A DNA stretch of 63,998 bases, counting the filler, from Reticulomyxa filosa (taxonomy: Eukaryota > Protista > Foraminifera): the NCBI GenBank assembly GCA_000512085.1. It is 21 parts of 21 records of this genome, joined end to end, with 100 filler letters (N's around TTAATTAATTAA, not from the genome) between each part and the next. Parts side by side here need not be neighbours in the genome. Positions count along the whole stretch, not along the records: positions 50,354 to 51,497 come from ASPP01046535.1; positions 51,598 to 53,317 come from ASPP01008977.1; positions 53,418 to 54,799 come from ASPP01008031.1; positions 54,900 to 59,346 come from ASPP01013262.1; positions 59,447 to 61,289 come from ASPP01026921.1; positions 61,390 to 62,898 come from ASPP01039400.1; 15 more parts are not named here. One strand, written 5' to 3'. The position numbers were made by a program, and so were the translations under genes. Below, one piece after another: positions 50,966-62,998 of the stretch; the first letter of the stretch is position 1, and each line of letters starts with the position of its first letter. The notes under the pieces are model-generated. The model was not told the DNA's origin. It made no database searches and saw nothing but the letters and a program-made list of their open reading frames with translations.

Positions 50966-51329
50966 ACTCAAGAGATGAAATTAACATTAAGAATACCAAT
51001 ATGTAAACAGATCTATGATCAGTAATCTATTTGTATTTTATTCCAAGGCCCAAATATTTTTTTTTGGATGTCAAGTGTTGGACTACTCGCTTCATCCTCA
51101 ACTCGCACTGCTTTTTGCCCTCTCTACCTGCATAAACTCAGGTCTTTCTAGTTAAAAAAGCACCTGGTTCTAAGAAATAGAACACAGTATTCAAAAAAAG
51201 AAACAAAAAACAAAAGAAAGACACAAAATCTTACACCAACCAAAAGGTCCATTCAAAAAATAATCAAAAGAAAAACAATAAAGTTTTTCAATTTAAATTG
51301 AGATTTACTTGAGAAAACTTGACAATTAT

Positions 51330-51497
51330 TCTCTTGGTATCGACTACGAATTTGGCTGCTGCTTTCACAACTTTAATACTGACATATATTGATATTTGGA
51401 AGCAATTCTTGGATATTTGTCCACCAATTGCGACGTAATTTACTGTATCGCAGACATTCCATCAGGAAATGCTCGACAGTTTCTTCTTCTTCACACC
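51330..51497 (-). mobile_element. 3' end of a non-LTR retrotransposon ORF2 (C-terminal CCHC zinc finger)
   Basis: CEEEETVEHFLMECLRYSKLRRNW fits the C..ETxxHxxxxC motif found after RT domains; stops follow. Confidence 0.75.
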
Positions 51498-52338
51498 NNN
51501 NNNNNNNNNNNNNNNNNNNNNNNNNNNNNNNNNNNNNNNNNTTAATTAATTAANNNNNNNNNNNNNNNNNNNNNNNNNNNNNNNNNNNNNNNNNNNNAAA
51601 AAAAAAAAAAAAAGAAAATAAAAGTAATTTTTTAAAACTAATGCTCCCCCCTCCCCCTCTTTTTTTTTCTCCAGCTTTTATATGAATTTGAAGACATAAG
51701 CTATGGCGAAAAACGTGTGATGCAGCTGTGGAATGAATATATGAGAAAAGAGGGCGGAGACGACTCGACGAGCATTCGAGGCACTGGGTTGTATTGCTCT
51801 TATCTGTTGCCCACTAAATTACTCCACTTCACATCTCTTCATAAACACATTATTCAAAATGAAAAGCTTATCATTCCTTTTTTGTTTCATTGTATTAATT
51901 TATGGGAGTTTGGGTTCATCGAGGCAAAGTGCATTCAGGAATGCCTTAATATGGCCAAATGAAACTTTCCATCTTCTCTTCCAAAATGATCTGTCCAATT
52001 TTGAACATTTATATTATTTACTTGAGATTTATGTATCACACTGTTTTCCTACTTCATAACTGGGGGCACATACTCATAATGTTCACTGTAATGAACCTTT
52101 GAAGAAGGCAATACTTCATTTTCTACACAAGAATTTACCTGTTTTTGTTTTAAAAAATCCTTACATTTTATTGACCTTATTTTTGATTCCAATTAGAATA
52201 TTTTCTTGCAAGACCCTTTTCTTCATCAAACTTTTTCTATTTTCCGCTGGTTTGCATTTGTTCAGTAATTCTGTTGTTGAATGTAACATCTTGTCCAGTC
52301 TGGTTTTTGAAAAGCCTTGTGTTTGATTAAAAGAGCAA

Positions 52339-53290
52339 ATGTTGGGATTCTTACAAAGTATCGTTGGTCACGTGTTGCTTTCCAGACCGAGCATGAGCAT
52401 TGGCAAAATTGATATAATAGGACTGCAGCCACTGAAGGTGAGTGTGAGCGAACTGGGTCAGCACTCGAACAGGTCAATGTTTTACCTGGACGAGTCAGCG
52501 AGCACAGAGAACAGTGTGCACGGCAGCGTGTACACATACAGCGTGAGTGCAGGTACCAACATATCACAGTTTGCAGCCTTCAGCGACAGTCACAACTCAT
52601 CTCTGTCCATTCAACATGCAACGTGGATCAATCCTTCTAATGGTACCCACGACCAGCAAGGCCTGCTTATTCAATATAGAAACTGTTCTAACTTGGTTAT
52701 TTTTTTTTTTAAAATAAAAAAAAAAAGGGACACATTGTTATTATTAAAAATGATCAAAACTTTGAATATTGTGTTGTGTTATGTTATATTATGTTATGTC
52801 AGACGTGCACATTATGTTTAGATACTGTAGAAGAGAAGCAGATGTTCACTGATTGCGATCCAATCACGGGGATGTGTGATTCAGTAAAGTCGTCGACGTT
52901 ATCACTGTTATGGAAAAACAGTAATGACAATACTAATGATAATGATGACAATAATAACAATAGTAATGATAATAATGATAATAATGATGATAATGATGAT
53001 GATAATGATGATAATGATGATGATGATGGCAAAAACGAAGCAAAAGATGAAAGAGAGTGGCAAAGGAAATTCAATGTGATAAGGAGATTGAAAGGTGCGT
53101 GGGATGTACAAAAGACCAGCGATGTTGAAAGTGTCCTACACGACGCGCATGAAAACCCCAATGTGGTGTTTGATGCCATTGCCGACTGTTACTACTTGGT
53201 GGATGCCACCCTTTGCGCGACTACAAATAACCAAAGCTACATTCGGATCAGTACATCCAAAAATCCAATCAACCAATCGTCTTGGAAAAC
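52339..53290 (+). CDS. Unknown protein, two exons, with a D/N-rich insert; partial
   Basis: Two same-strand ORFs separated by an intron-like tract (~52697-52820); no domain recognised. Confidence 0.5.
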
Positions 53291-53537
53291 GTTCATTTTT
53301 TTTTTTTTTTTTTTTTTNNNNNNNNNNNNNNNNNNNNNNNNNNNNNNNNNNNNNNNNNNNNTTAATTAATTAANNNNNNNNNNNNNNNNNNNNNNNNNNN
53401 NNNNNNNNNNNNNNNNNTGTGTGTGTGTATGACACATTTATGAGATGATATATATATATATATATATATGTATATGTGTACATATACTCATAAAAATAAA
53501 AAGTAGAGTTGTAATGAATTTGATTTTGTGCTTACCA

Positions 53538-54413
53538 GACGACATTTGCCTGGATAGTACTTGCATTCCATTGGAAACCAAAGCATCGGAAGACATGTAC
53601 ATATTTGGCGTTTGTTCAATGTTGCCACGCACAAGTGACTCGGTGCGAGTGGAAAGTGGGATGCTTGCTCCGCTGTTGTTGTTGGTGCCATCCATCATGT
53701 TCATCCCTCCTGAAAAGGCTTTGGAAGGTTGAATGTTGCGAAAGACATGAGGGTACGAGCCCAATGGCGGTGTGTTCAAATGTCCGAAATTGGGAGGAGC
53801 GTTGTCCATCAAATGGAAAGTGCCATTCTTTCTCGAGCTCATAGTAGTAGGGTCGTGCGAAACGTCGAGCGGGTTGATGGATTTTTTCATGTCCAGCGAC
53901 TTGGTGTCGATGCCATTGGCGTTGACGTTGGAAATGCTTTCAATGTTCCTCGATGAGGGACCAGTGTTGCCATTGCCACTTCCAATGACATTGCCGGTCA
54001 TTGCAGGCGACGTGACGTTCAAGTTCATCGGATGCAAGTTCATGTTCATGACCTGCGCGGACAAGTCATTGACTCCACCGCCATCGCCAGTATTATTGCC
54101 GACGTTGAGCATGTTCAACGGAGAGGTGACCAAGGATGGCACGTGATTCATCATGCCCATTCCAAAGCCGTTCATCGGCCCGTTCTTCGAAAGCGTGGTT
54201 GTGGTGGACATCAGGTTGGGCATTTGCAATGGGACCGTGCCGCCTCGGGAGACGCCCTGCGACGACCAAGGATTCGTCGTCATCATCAAGGGACTGTTGG
54301 GATTGCCCTGCAACATCGTCATCGAACCATTCAGCAAGTTGCTTGAGGTTGTCGCCAAATTGCCAATCCCAGAAACTGCGTTCAGATTCATTCCCGAACT
54401 CAGTCCAAACGAG

Positions 54414-54460
<47 letters not shown>

Positions 54461-54799
54461 GTTATTGTTATTGCTATTGTTGTTCATATTGTTGATGTTA
54501 AAGACAGACGAGTTTTTCATTGGTCGCGATGGTACTTCTTCTCCTTGGAACGACACATCTTTGCCATGGTAACGCCCTTCGCCTGTATTACCCTGCGTCC
54601 CATTGTTCACCACCTTATTGGAGCCATACGACTGGCGACTAAAGTGGTCCTCCAGCGACACGCCAGGTCGCGCCATTTGCTGCACCACCAAGTTGCACAG
54701 GTTCTTGAAGTTGTCCACTATGGCTTCGCGCGATAATAACGAAGGGTCATACCAGCCCTCAATATTCGAATGATGCGCGTGGAAATAGCAAGGATGTTG
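53538..54799 (-). CDS. Internal exon of an N/M/G/S-rich low-complexity protein
   Basis: About 420 open codons with a poly-N (AAT)n tract at 54415-54485; a GT donor near 53536 leads into a (TA)n intron. Confidence 0.7.
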
Positions 54800-54934
54800 N
54801 NNNNNNNNNNNNNNNNNNNNNNNNNNNNNNNNNNNNNNNNNNNTTAATTAATTAANNNNNNNNNNNNNNNNNNNNNNNNNNNNNNNNNNNNNNNNNNNNT
54901 ATTTGTATGTAGTGTTAAAAGTGGCTCCAAACAT

Positions 54935-57900
54935 TCAATATAAAAGAAACTTGTAAGATTTTCCCGTGGACTGCTTTCTCATAGAGGTGACAACTTTGAT
55001 GTTCTTTTCCCACGACTGGATTAAGGCATCGTATGCTCCAAATCGAATTTCTTTTTTCAACTGGAATACGTTTTGGGCATGGATATAAGGTTGTTGGTAA
55101 TCTTGTCCATTATGCATCAACACGAAAGCACTATTTCTTCCCCTTGCAATCTGAACAGGCACTTGCATAATCATTCCCTTCACAAAATCGCTTAGCTTGG
55201 CATGCACGTGCTGTTTATTCGTAACACCACGGACAATTTGGGACAGCAGCAGCTGCACATGACCAGAATCCGATATCCACGCTAGTGTGCACTTCCAATC
55301 CAAATACGTAAAGTCTTTCTTGCGCAAAGAATAAATCTTGTCGAGGACATTTTGTGGTATTTGCGAGCAGTGGCGTTCCATTCTTTGTCGCTCTTCCCTG
55401 CTTTTGTATTCACTCTCATTCATACACAAAGTGGTATGGAATGCCAATTTCTCATCCTCTCCCAAGGCATGGAATACTGGCCGACTTCCAAATTTGTCAA
55501 AGTGGTACTCCAAATAATCCAATTTGGAGTCCCTTCGAGCACTGTTCTCTTGCACGTCCATCTGTTGCACCGACGAATGCAAATGGGCTTGCGCCACTTG
55601 GATGCATAGCTCGAACATACACAACTGAAAGCGTTTATTGACTCCAATTAAAAAGCATTTTTTGTCTTTGTTTTGTTTGATTTGGAGGCGCTTCATTTCA
55701 ATGGTATCGACCGTCATTAAATCGGGAAGGATCACGCTCACAACTTTTTCTTTCTTTGACAACAACCAACAATCCATTACAATTTTTCCAGTTGCTTTCC
55801 TTTTCACCTTTGCGCTTGCTTTTTTATCGTCTTGCACTTGCTCTGGGCAAGACTTTGGCTCTATCTTTTTCTTTTCTATTTCTTGAAATGTTTCGACCTC
55901 TTTTTTGAGTTCATTTTCATGTTCGATTTCTTTGGAGTCCTCCTTTTCGTTATTCGGAGCCTCAGTGATATCGATACTTTGTGCAATTTGCACATCCATT
56001 TCTTCTGTGTTTACTTCTTGCACATGTTGGGAAAATACCAACAAGTAGCATCCTTCTGGAGTCAATAATACATGTTCAATATCAGCCTTGGATGTGATTT
56101 GGAACTCTTTTCCTGGCATTGGTGCGCCGTTGTTCAGCAAATCAAAGAAGTGGAGCCAGTTGCGTTTATCGAGAGCCAGCAGCTGCTTGATGTTGTCCTC
56201 GAACAAAATGTATTGGATTTTGGTAGTTTGATACCACGAAAATTCTCTTAAATTGATTTTCGGAGTCAGTTGTAGTCTCAACGTAGTATAGTCGTTTCGA
56301 AAGCAATAGCACTGAATAACATCCTCCGCATAAATAGCCAACGTTTCCTCCTTTCTGCTAAAAGCTACAAGGTCGACCATCTTATCAAATATCGCCACCG
56401 GAACTGTGTCGATGTGCAAAAGCCGCTGTTTGCTCAAGATAACACGGGTGAGACATTGACCATTGTTCATTTGGTTTCGTGTCACTAGCAAAATCTCATT
56501 ACTTTTGAGCAGACAATAACAGAGCAGCTGCAATTGATCTCGCTGACTTATCAGAGTCAGCTGTTCACAAAACCGAGTCTCTATCTTCTTTTCGTCATTC
56601 TCATCAACTCCATTGACCAACACAAGATCCACTTTGCTCGGGGAGGGCAATTCTGCCTCCAACTTGTAGCTGAGCTTGCACTGTGCAAGACTGCTCTTTT
56701 TGTTCACTTCCATGCTACGTATTTGCATGGACAACATGGAGGGACTACGTCTTTGTCCCTCCAAAACATTGTGCAGCTTTGCGTCAAATTCTTTTTCTGC
56801 AGTTTTGAGCAACGCATCACGCTCTTTGCTTGCGTCCATCAATATATTGTCCATGATTTTGAGTGGATCCAATTCATGAGTGTATTGCTGTTGGGAGTAT
56901 AAATGATAGTATTGTTCATACGTTGTATGCCAGTCCCTTAAGAAGTCCAACTCCGCTGTCCAATCTTTGACATCTATTGACTCTTTTTTTTTTTTTTTGC
57001 TCTGCCATCGTCATTGCCTTCGTTTTGGCTCTCGCTTTCATTTGTGGCTCCATTTGTGTCACTTGCGAAAAAATTCACTATGACCTGGCCTATTAATGAA
57101 GCAAATATTCTTGGATTATTTTTTTTGTTGTTATAACCTTGAACAATCGAGCTCATGGCGCTAGCGAATGCGTCCAAATGCCACATTTTCCCATACCTAT
57201 TTTGACTAACCTGGTCGTTTTGCAAGGCGCAGTCAATTGCCTTGCGCTGACTTACTGTCAAGTCTGTCAGGTCTATTCATGTAAGCACGTATATATATAT
57301 AAAAGGAGTGAATCGTTGTATATGTACATATACATATACGTATACATTTTTTAAAAGTAACAAAACTGCTACGAAGCAATAAGGCTATGTTCCTAATTTG
57401 TTCATGAATGACATCTGACCTTTTTTTTTTTGTTTGTTGCAAACACAGTCACAAAAGTGGCTCATGTATTCGGCAGTTAAAAAAAAGTGGTAACACAAAG
57501 CTACAGAAAAAAAGCTGAAACTTGAGATGGGACAAATATGCATGAAAGAATTCCTTCTTCGCAAGTGCTTGGGTTTGTGCGAGCTGGATATCTACTTGGC
57601 TCCGACTTTTTTTTTCGCTCTCTTCATACTGAAGATAGATGCATTGGCACTTTTTCTTGTACATTTGGACAATACTCTCGTCAAAAACAGAGGCAAGTTC
57701 AAGCTTTTCTTGCAACGGCAGATCTTTCCTATATGAAATCTGATAGGTAGACGCTTTATCTCGCAGAAATGCGTGCAAGTTTTGCTTGCTTTGGAACGTG
57801 TGTGATTCGAAGTGCAATGTTGTTGGACCTCGACATTGCAATGCGACATAAAAATCGGACATTTCCATCCCTGTTAATACAACGGCGGTTTCATGATATG

Positions 57901-59305
57901 GATTCGATGCTTTTGCTTTGGACGAGAGAGCAGACGTTGTTTCTGTCACTGCCTCCGTTTTTTTCAAATCGATTTGATGCACAATGGAGTCGGAAATGGC
58001 GATGGAGTTGCTGTTTTCTTTTTTCACTTGAAAATCCAAGATGACTCCAGTTCTTACTGGCTCCACTTTTCCAACTTTGGAGTCAATCAGTTCCTGTTTG
58101 CTAACGGGGATGCACAAAGTGGCGGAAACTTCCTGCAGCACTCTGGCAAACAAGCATGAAATGTTTTTACGTTTGATATAATTTTTAGTAAAGGCATTCC
58201 TTACAGGCCAATAAAAAAGCAGTATTGGAATAGGGGATAATGATTTGGGCCGTTTAAATGGCAATAGCGCATGAATCCCTGGAGCCAAGCAGTCTTTGTC
58301 AGACAACATGAAAGAGCGTAATGAAGCGGACAAAACACCCAATTTCATTAACAACTCCACAGTTTCAACTTTGTCGCCAAAAAGGCCGATTGGAGTCACT
58401 TGCACACGCTCCAAGCAATGGAAGTCGATCACCTTGGCATTATCCCTGCACGCATTGGGAACAAAGTAGTTGATCAATCGGCCGATATACTCGGGGTGCA
58501 AGATGCACTTATTCACCGATGGTACGTCTCGATCTTCGGATTTGAGCTCTTGTAACGTGAATATAATATTGTGTCTGTCGTAAATACCACTTGGATGGCG
58601 TCTTACTTTTTGTTCTCCTTTTTTGTCGTCGTCGTCGTCGTCGTCGTCGTCTTCGTCTTCATTTGATATGTCACTTAAACATTGTTCAAATGTATCCTCT
58701 TTTTCCTTGTTCGTCTTTTCTTGCACTGCGATGCCATATTCCAAGCCATCCGAATGTCCTTTGACGATTCTGCCAACTTCTGCATTTGGCCTTCCTTGGG
58801 CCGGACGCTCCTTATTTCGATTTCTAATAGACAATATGTCTCCAACATCGTCTGCCACTTTGCTGCTATCCTCTGCCTTTCGTCTCCTCAATACTATTTT
58901 CTTCTTTTTCGCTCTGCGTCCTTTTCCCTTGGAAGCTGACTTTGAGTCCGAATCAGAGTCCGAATCAGAGTTAGAGTCCGATTCGGAGTTGGAGTCGGAG
59001 TTGGAGTCAGTACCAGAGTCAGAGCCCGAGCCAGGCTCTTTGACGATAGCTCGAAATACAGCTAAACAGGACGAACTCAGCATTTCTTTCCAAATATGTT
59101 TCAAGTCTCGTTCATGGTCTATCGTGTCGTCCTTGTTTTGCCCATTGCAAAACGTCACATCTCCAATTCGAAAGTGTCCCAACACATACCGTTTCATCTC
59201 CGCAAATTCATTGCGCCATTCATATTTGTCGAGTTCAGTGGACAAAGGTGCATCCGAAGGGATCCAACTCACATGATGGCCGTTGCATTCAAATACAAAA
59301 CACAT
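54935..59305 (-). CDS. Giant VLIG-type (very large inducible GTPase-like) protein; multi-exon, cut just after the P-loop
   Basis: VPVQIARGRNSAFVLMHNG...IRFGAYDALI..IKVVTSMRKQSTGKSY resembles the lead-in and G1 of VLIG-type G domains. Upstream conserved-looking block VTPIGLFGDKVETVELL..APGIHALL..LFYWP and a propeller-like middle region. Family assignment is from recalled similarity only. Confidence 0.65.
58620..59030. repeat. Coding low-complexity tracts (poly-D and Ser-Asp dipeptide repeat) in the giant GTPase gene
   Basis: (GTC)n at 58624-58658 and GAGTCN/GAATCN hexamers at 58940-59030. Confidence 0.85.
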
Positions 59306-59446
59306 CTTTTTTTTTTTTTTTTTTTTTTTTACAACACATTTTTTTTNNNNNNNNNNNNNNNNNNNNNNNNNNNNNNNNNNNNNNNNNNNNTTAATTAATT
59401 AANNNNNNNNNNNNNNNNNNNNNNNNNNNNNNNNNNNNNNNNNNNN

Positions 59447-59818
59447 ATAATATGTGTAAATGATCGAATAGGCAAAAGTGATCCTTATGTGAAACTGTCG
59501 CTGGGAAAAAGCAAAGAGAAAACGAAAGTACAACTGAAAACTTTGAACCCGGTATGGAATGAAACGTTCAAGTTTGAGGTGAAAGACCCTGTGAGAGACA
59601 GCTTGGTTATCAAGGTCCGTGACTATGATATGGGAACCAGAGACGACCGCATTGGAAATGATCTCTCCTTTTTGATCACTTTCCTCATTGCTCAAGGCGG
59701 AAAACTTGTCAACTATGAACTGTCCTTATCCGAAACCAAACCTGGAACCAAAATCGATACCAAATTCGAAACTAAACCCAACTCCAAACTTTTTATCAAC
59801 TTGATCTATACTGAATAG
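59447..59818 (+). CDS. C2 domain protein (3' part)
   Basis: DRIGKSDPYVKLSLGKSKEKTKVQLKTLNPVWNETFKFEV...VRDYDMGTRDDRIG is a canonical C2 domain with Ca-binding Asp residues. Confidence 0.92.
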   Translation: MICVNDRIGKSDPYVKLSLGKSKEKTKVQLKTLNPVWNETFKFEVKDPVRDSLVIKVRDYDMGTRDDRIGNDLSFLITFLIAQGGKLVNYELSLSETKPGTKIDTKFETKPNSKLFINLIYTE

Positions 59819-60539
59819 TATCGAATGCAATTCAAACACTTACACATACATACACATTTAGTGCACTTTTATTCTGTACCATTGCTTGTAATGAAGTTGT
59901 TGTGCAAGAGAGAGAGAGAAAGAGGAAATATGTGAGAACACCGAGAGATCAAACAAAAAAAAAAATAATAATAATAAAATTTGTTTTCAATTGTGAAAGT
60001 GTTTTTATTTTGACTTCTTCAAAGGGGGGGGAAAAAAAAAATTGTTGATTGACGATAATCTACTTTTGGTTTTGTTTTCATTTGTTCTCTACTTTGCATT
60101 TTTTTTTTTTTTTTGTATTGTGAAAGTTTTATCTCCTTTCACTTGTAGAATTTACTTGCAAATCTGTTCTGACTTTCAATATACAAATGTTTTTCTTTTG
60201 AGGGTTTGCAAAAGTCTTTTTTTTTTTGTTCTAAAACCTTATTATCAAAAAGTTCTTGAACAACTCAATTAATGTCTCTCTCTGGTAAATTAACTTTCCA
60301 ATTTTAATTTCCAAAATTACCAGACTTTTTATTTATTTTTTTTTTAGAAATTATTTTAACTTCAAATTACAATTTATGTTTCCACGTACGTACACTTTTG
60401 TTACTTTGACGAACTTTTTTTCTTCCCCTTCATGCTTGTTGCATGATAAGCTTTCTTTTCTCTTATACAATAAAGAAGCTGAGAGATTTGCATAACGTAC
60501 TAACAGTTTGCTCAATTGCATGCTTACTCTGCTGTGTAT

Positions 60540-61180
60540 CCCGCTGGCGTGGCCTGACAGCCTGTCAGCGTCAGTGTTCTATCTTTCGTATGATACGCTC
60601 TTGATGCCCAATCTGATGCTTTTTCGTAAGACGCTTTTGGTGCACGAGTATCAAATCTTCAAAAACGGGAGGTTCAATGAAGACAATCATCCCCAACAAC
60701 ATCTTACTCATGCCCAATGAACATCTTTGGTCTATTGGCCACGGCCAGTTGAGCCATCTTTCCAAGGAAGAACTCGCTCACTTGGCCGAACTGATCATTG
60801 CAATGACCGATTGCAAATTTGGAATGTATTGTTGAAAAGGTCGGTGAGAAATGGGGATTTCGATCCCCAAGCACATGGACCTTTACTTTATCAAAGTCAT
60901 GATCATCATTGGAGTTGGTCTCTTGGATAATGATATTTGAAAAGACGTATCATCATCATGAGCCTGTTAAAGAACATTCTTTCTCTTGCAAGGCTTGTCT
61001 CAGCTCGATTAGATCTATGTGCGTTCTTACAAAGAACAACTTCAAATGACAGTTGTGCTGGGACGCGTGGGACGACACAAGCGTATTTATAAGAGACTGG
61101 AGTTTTACAGGTATCTTTTTTTTGGAGAGATTTCTCATCTTGTTCATTTGTCTACAAGTCAAAGTACAACCAATCAATTT
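60540..61180 (-). pseudogene. Decayed coding-like region of unknown family
   Basis: GC-richer sequence with short coiled-coil-like pieces (DLIELRQALQEKECSL) broken by stops. Confidence 0.3.
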
Positions 61181-61419
61181 TTTTCAGATGATCTACTTTT
61201 TCACCCAATCAAAAAAAAAAGAAATAAAATGTAAAACGATTGCGGTATACACAATACACAAACGCATACACAGATATAAATTTGATGGANNNNNNNNNNN
61301 NNNNNNNNNNNNNNNNNNNNNNNNNNNNNNNNNTTAATTAATTAANNNNNNNNNNNNNNNNNNNNNNNNNNNNNNNNNNNNNNNNNNNNTTATATTTCAT
61401 ATTTTATTTACATTTAACT

Positions 61420-61790
61420 CATTTAAATTGGAATTTGCACAAATCTCTTCTAGATTCTCTCGTGTATCAACATAAATTTGATTATAATTTTTCCATGTCT
61501 GTGATATTGTCTCTTTTCCTAGCTTATTGCCAAATCGTTTGAACAGATCCATCAGATAATGTTGTTGTTGTAAATTTGTGCTGTATTAAAATATATGAAA
61601 TGTTTTTGTTAGTAAAAAAGAGAAAAGAAAATAATAGAGATTTATTGTTACGTGTTCTCTGTTAGCCAGGTTAAGACATCCTTTGTCTTTTTAACATCTT
61701 GCTTAAACCATTCCAATACATCTGAAATGATCTCTTCATTCATCTCGGGGAACCTATGTTGAAGTTGTGCAAGCATGATGAAGTTAACTG
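61420..61790 (-). CDS. Two small exons of a CUE-like domain protein (not in the ORF track)
   Basis: MLAQLQHRFPEMNEEIISDVLEWFKQDVKKTKDVLTWL has the CUE-type FP..VL..DV pattern. An intron at ~61582-61652 is followed by NLQQQHYLMDLFKRFGNKLGKETISQTWKNYNQIYVDTRENLEEICANS. Confidence 0.55.
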
Positions 61791-62998
61791 CAAAAAAACC
61801 CCCTTTTTCTTTATTTTAACGTTCAAAAAAAATTAATTTACATAATTGATAACAAGAAAGAAAAGATGTGACAATAATATCAAAATTTTTACATTTTATA
61901 GGTACAATATCGTGTAAAATTGTTTAGTATAGATTATATAACAACAATAATAATTCCAACTATGTTTTAGTTGATATTATTACAAGAAGAAAGACATTCG
62001 AGTGTACGATAAAATTATTTTTTTACCTGATGACAGACAATAATTATATTTTAGAAATGTCAACAAAATATTGTTATTATATCTCCAAGTGCTTGTGTTT
62101 TGATTCGAAGATCATTTTATTTTCCTGCTTATGCCAATCCTCAGATATCAATATTTTGTCATTTATCATTCAAGAAAAATCAGGATCAGAAAGACTTAGT
62201 CATATCAATAATATACAGTTCTTTCAATAAAATAATTTAAGTTCAAATTTTACAAGTTTTTTTTTATTTATTAAAAATTGTATTTAAATTCCTATTTGCA
62301 TTGGAATACATGGGCTTTTATTATGTCGATGATAATTTTTTTATAATCTATTTTTGATTTAAAAAGATTGTAATTCTGAGACAATATTACTTCTTTTTAA
62401 AAAGATCAACTTTATTCATGTCATCCCTCTTTTGAAAAATTGAACAACTTGAATATTTTGTATTATTTTAATTTTTTTTCAATTTAACAAACGATAATTA
62501 AAAAAACTATTTTTTTATTTATGCAACGTTCCAATATTATCTTTCAAGTATTTCAAAACACAAATTAATGGAACAAAAAAACTTCACTCTGATTCAGAAA
62601 CTTCCAAAATTGATAAAAAATTAAAGTGAAATATATTCTTATTGAACAACAATAATTTATAATATTAATATATTTTAATTCGTATCACATGTACACTGGA
62701 TCAAGTTGATAAATTTGTGTCAATTTGATTAGACTAATATCATAAAAAGAAAAAACAAATAATATCAAGTTTGTGCAATCATTCACAGTTCTTTGTTTTT
62801 TTTCATTTAACAGTCAATCATCTGATAGATAAAATATTAATTAAATGCCTTGTGCAAGTAGAGTGGCTAAGAATGAGTAAATTCAACAAGATTTTCTTNN
62901 NNNNNNNNNNNNNNNNNNNNNNNNNNNNNNNNNNNNNNNNNNTTAATTAATTAANNNNNNNNNNNNNNNNNNNNNNNNNNNNNNNNNNNNNNNNNNNN

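Noticed and set aside
56984-56998. Programmed ribosomal frameshift joining ORF 56974-57261 to ORF 54935-56950
   Set aside because: The shift falls in a 15-nt homopolymer, and one more A restores KESIDVKDWTAELDFL in frame. A homopolymer sequencing error is far simpler.
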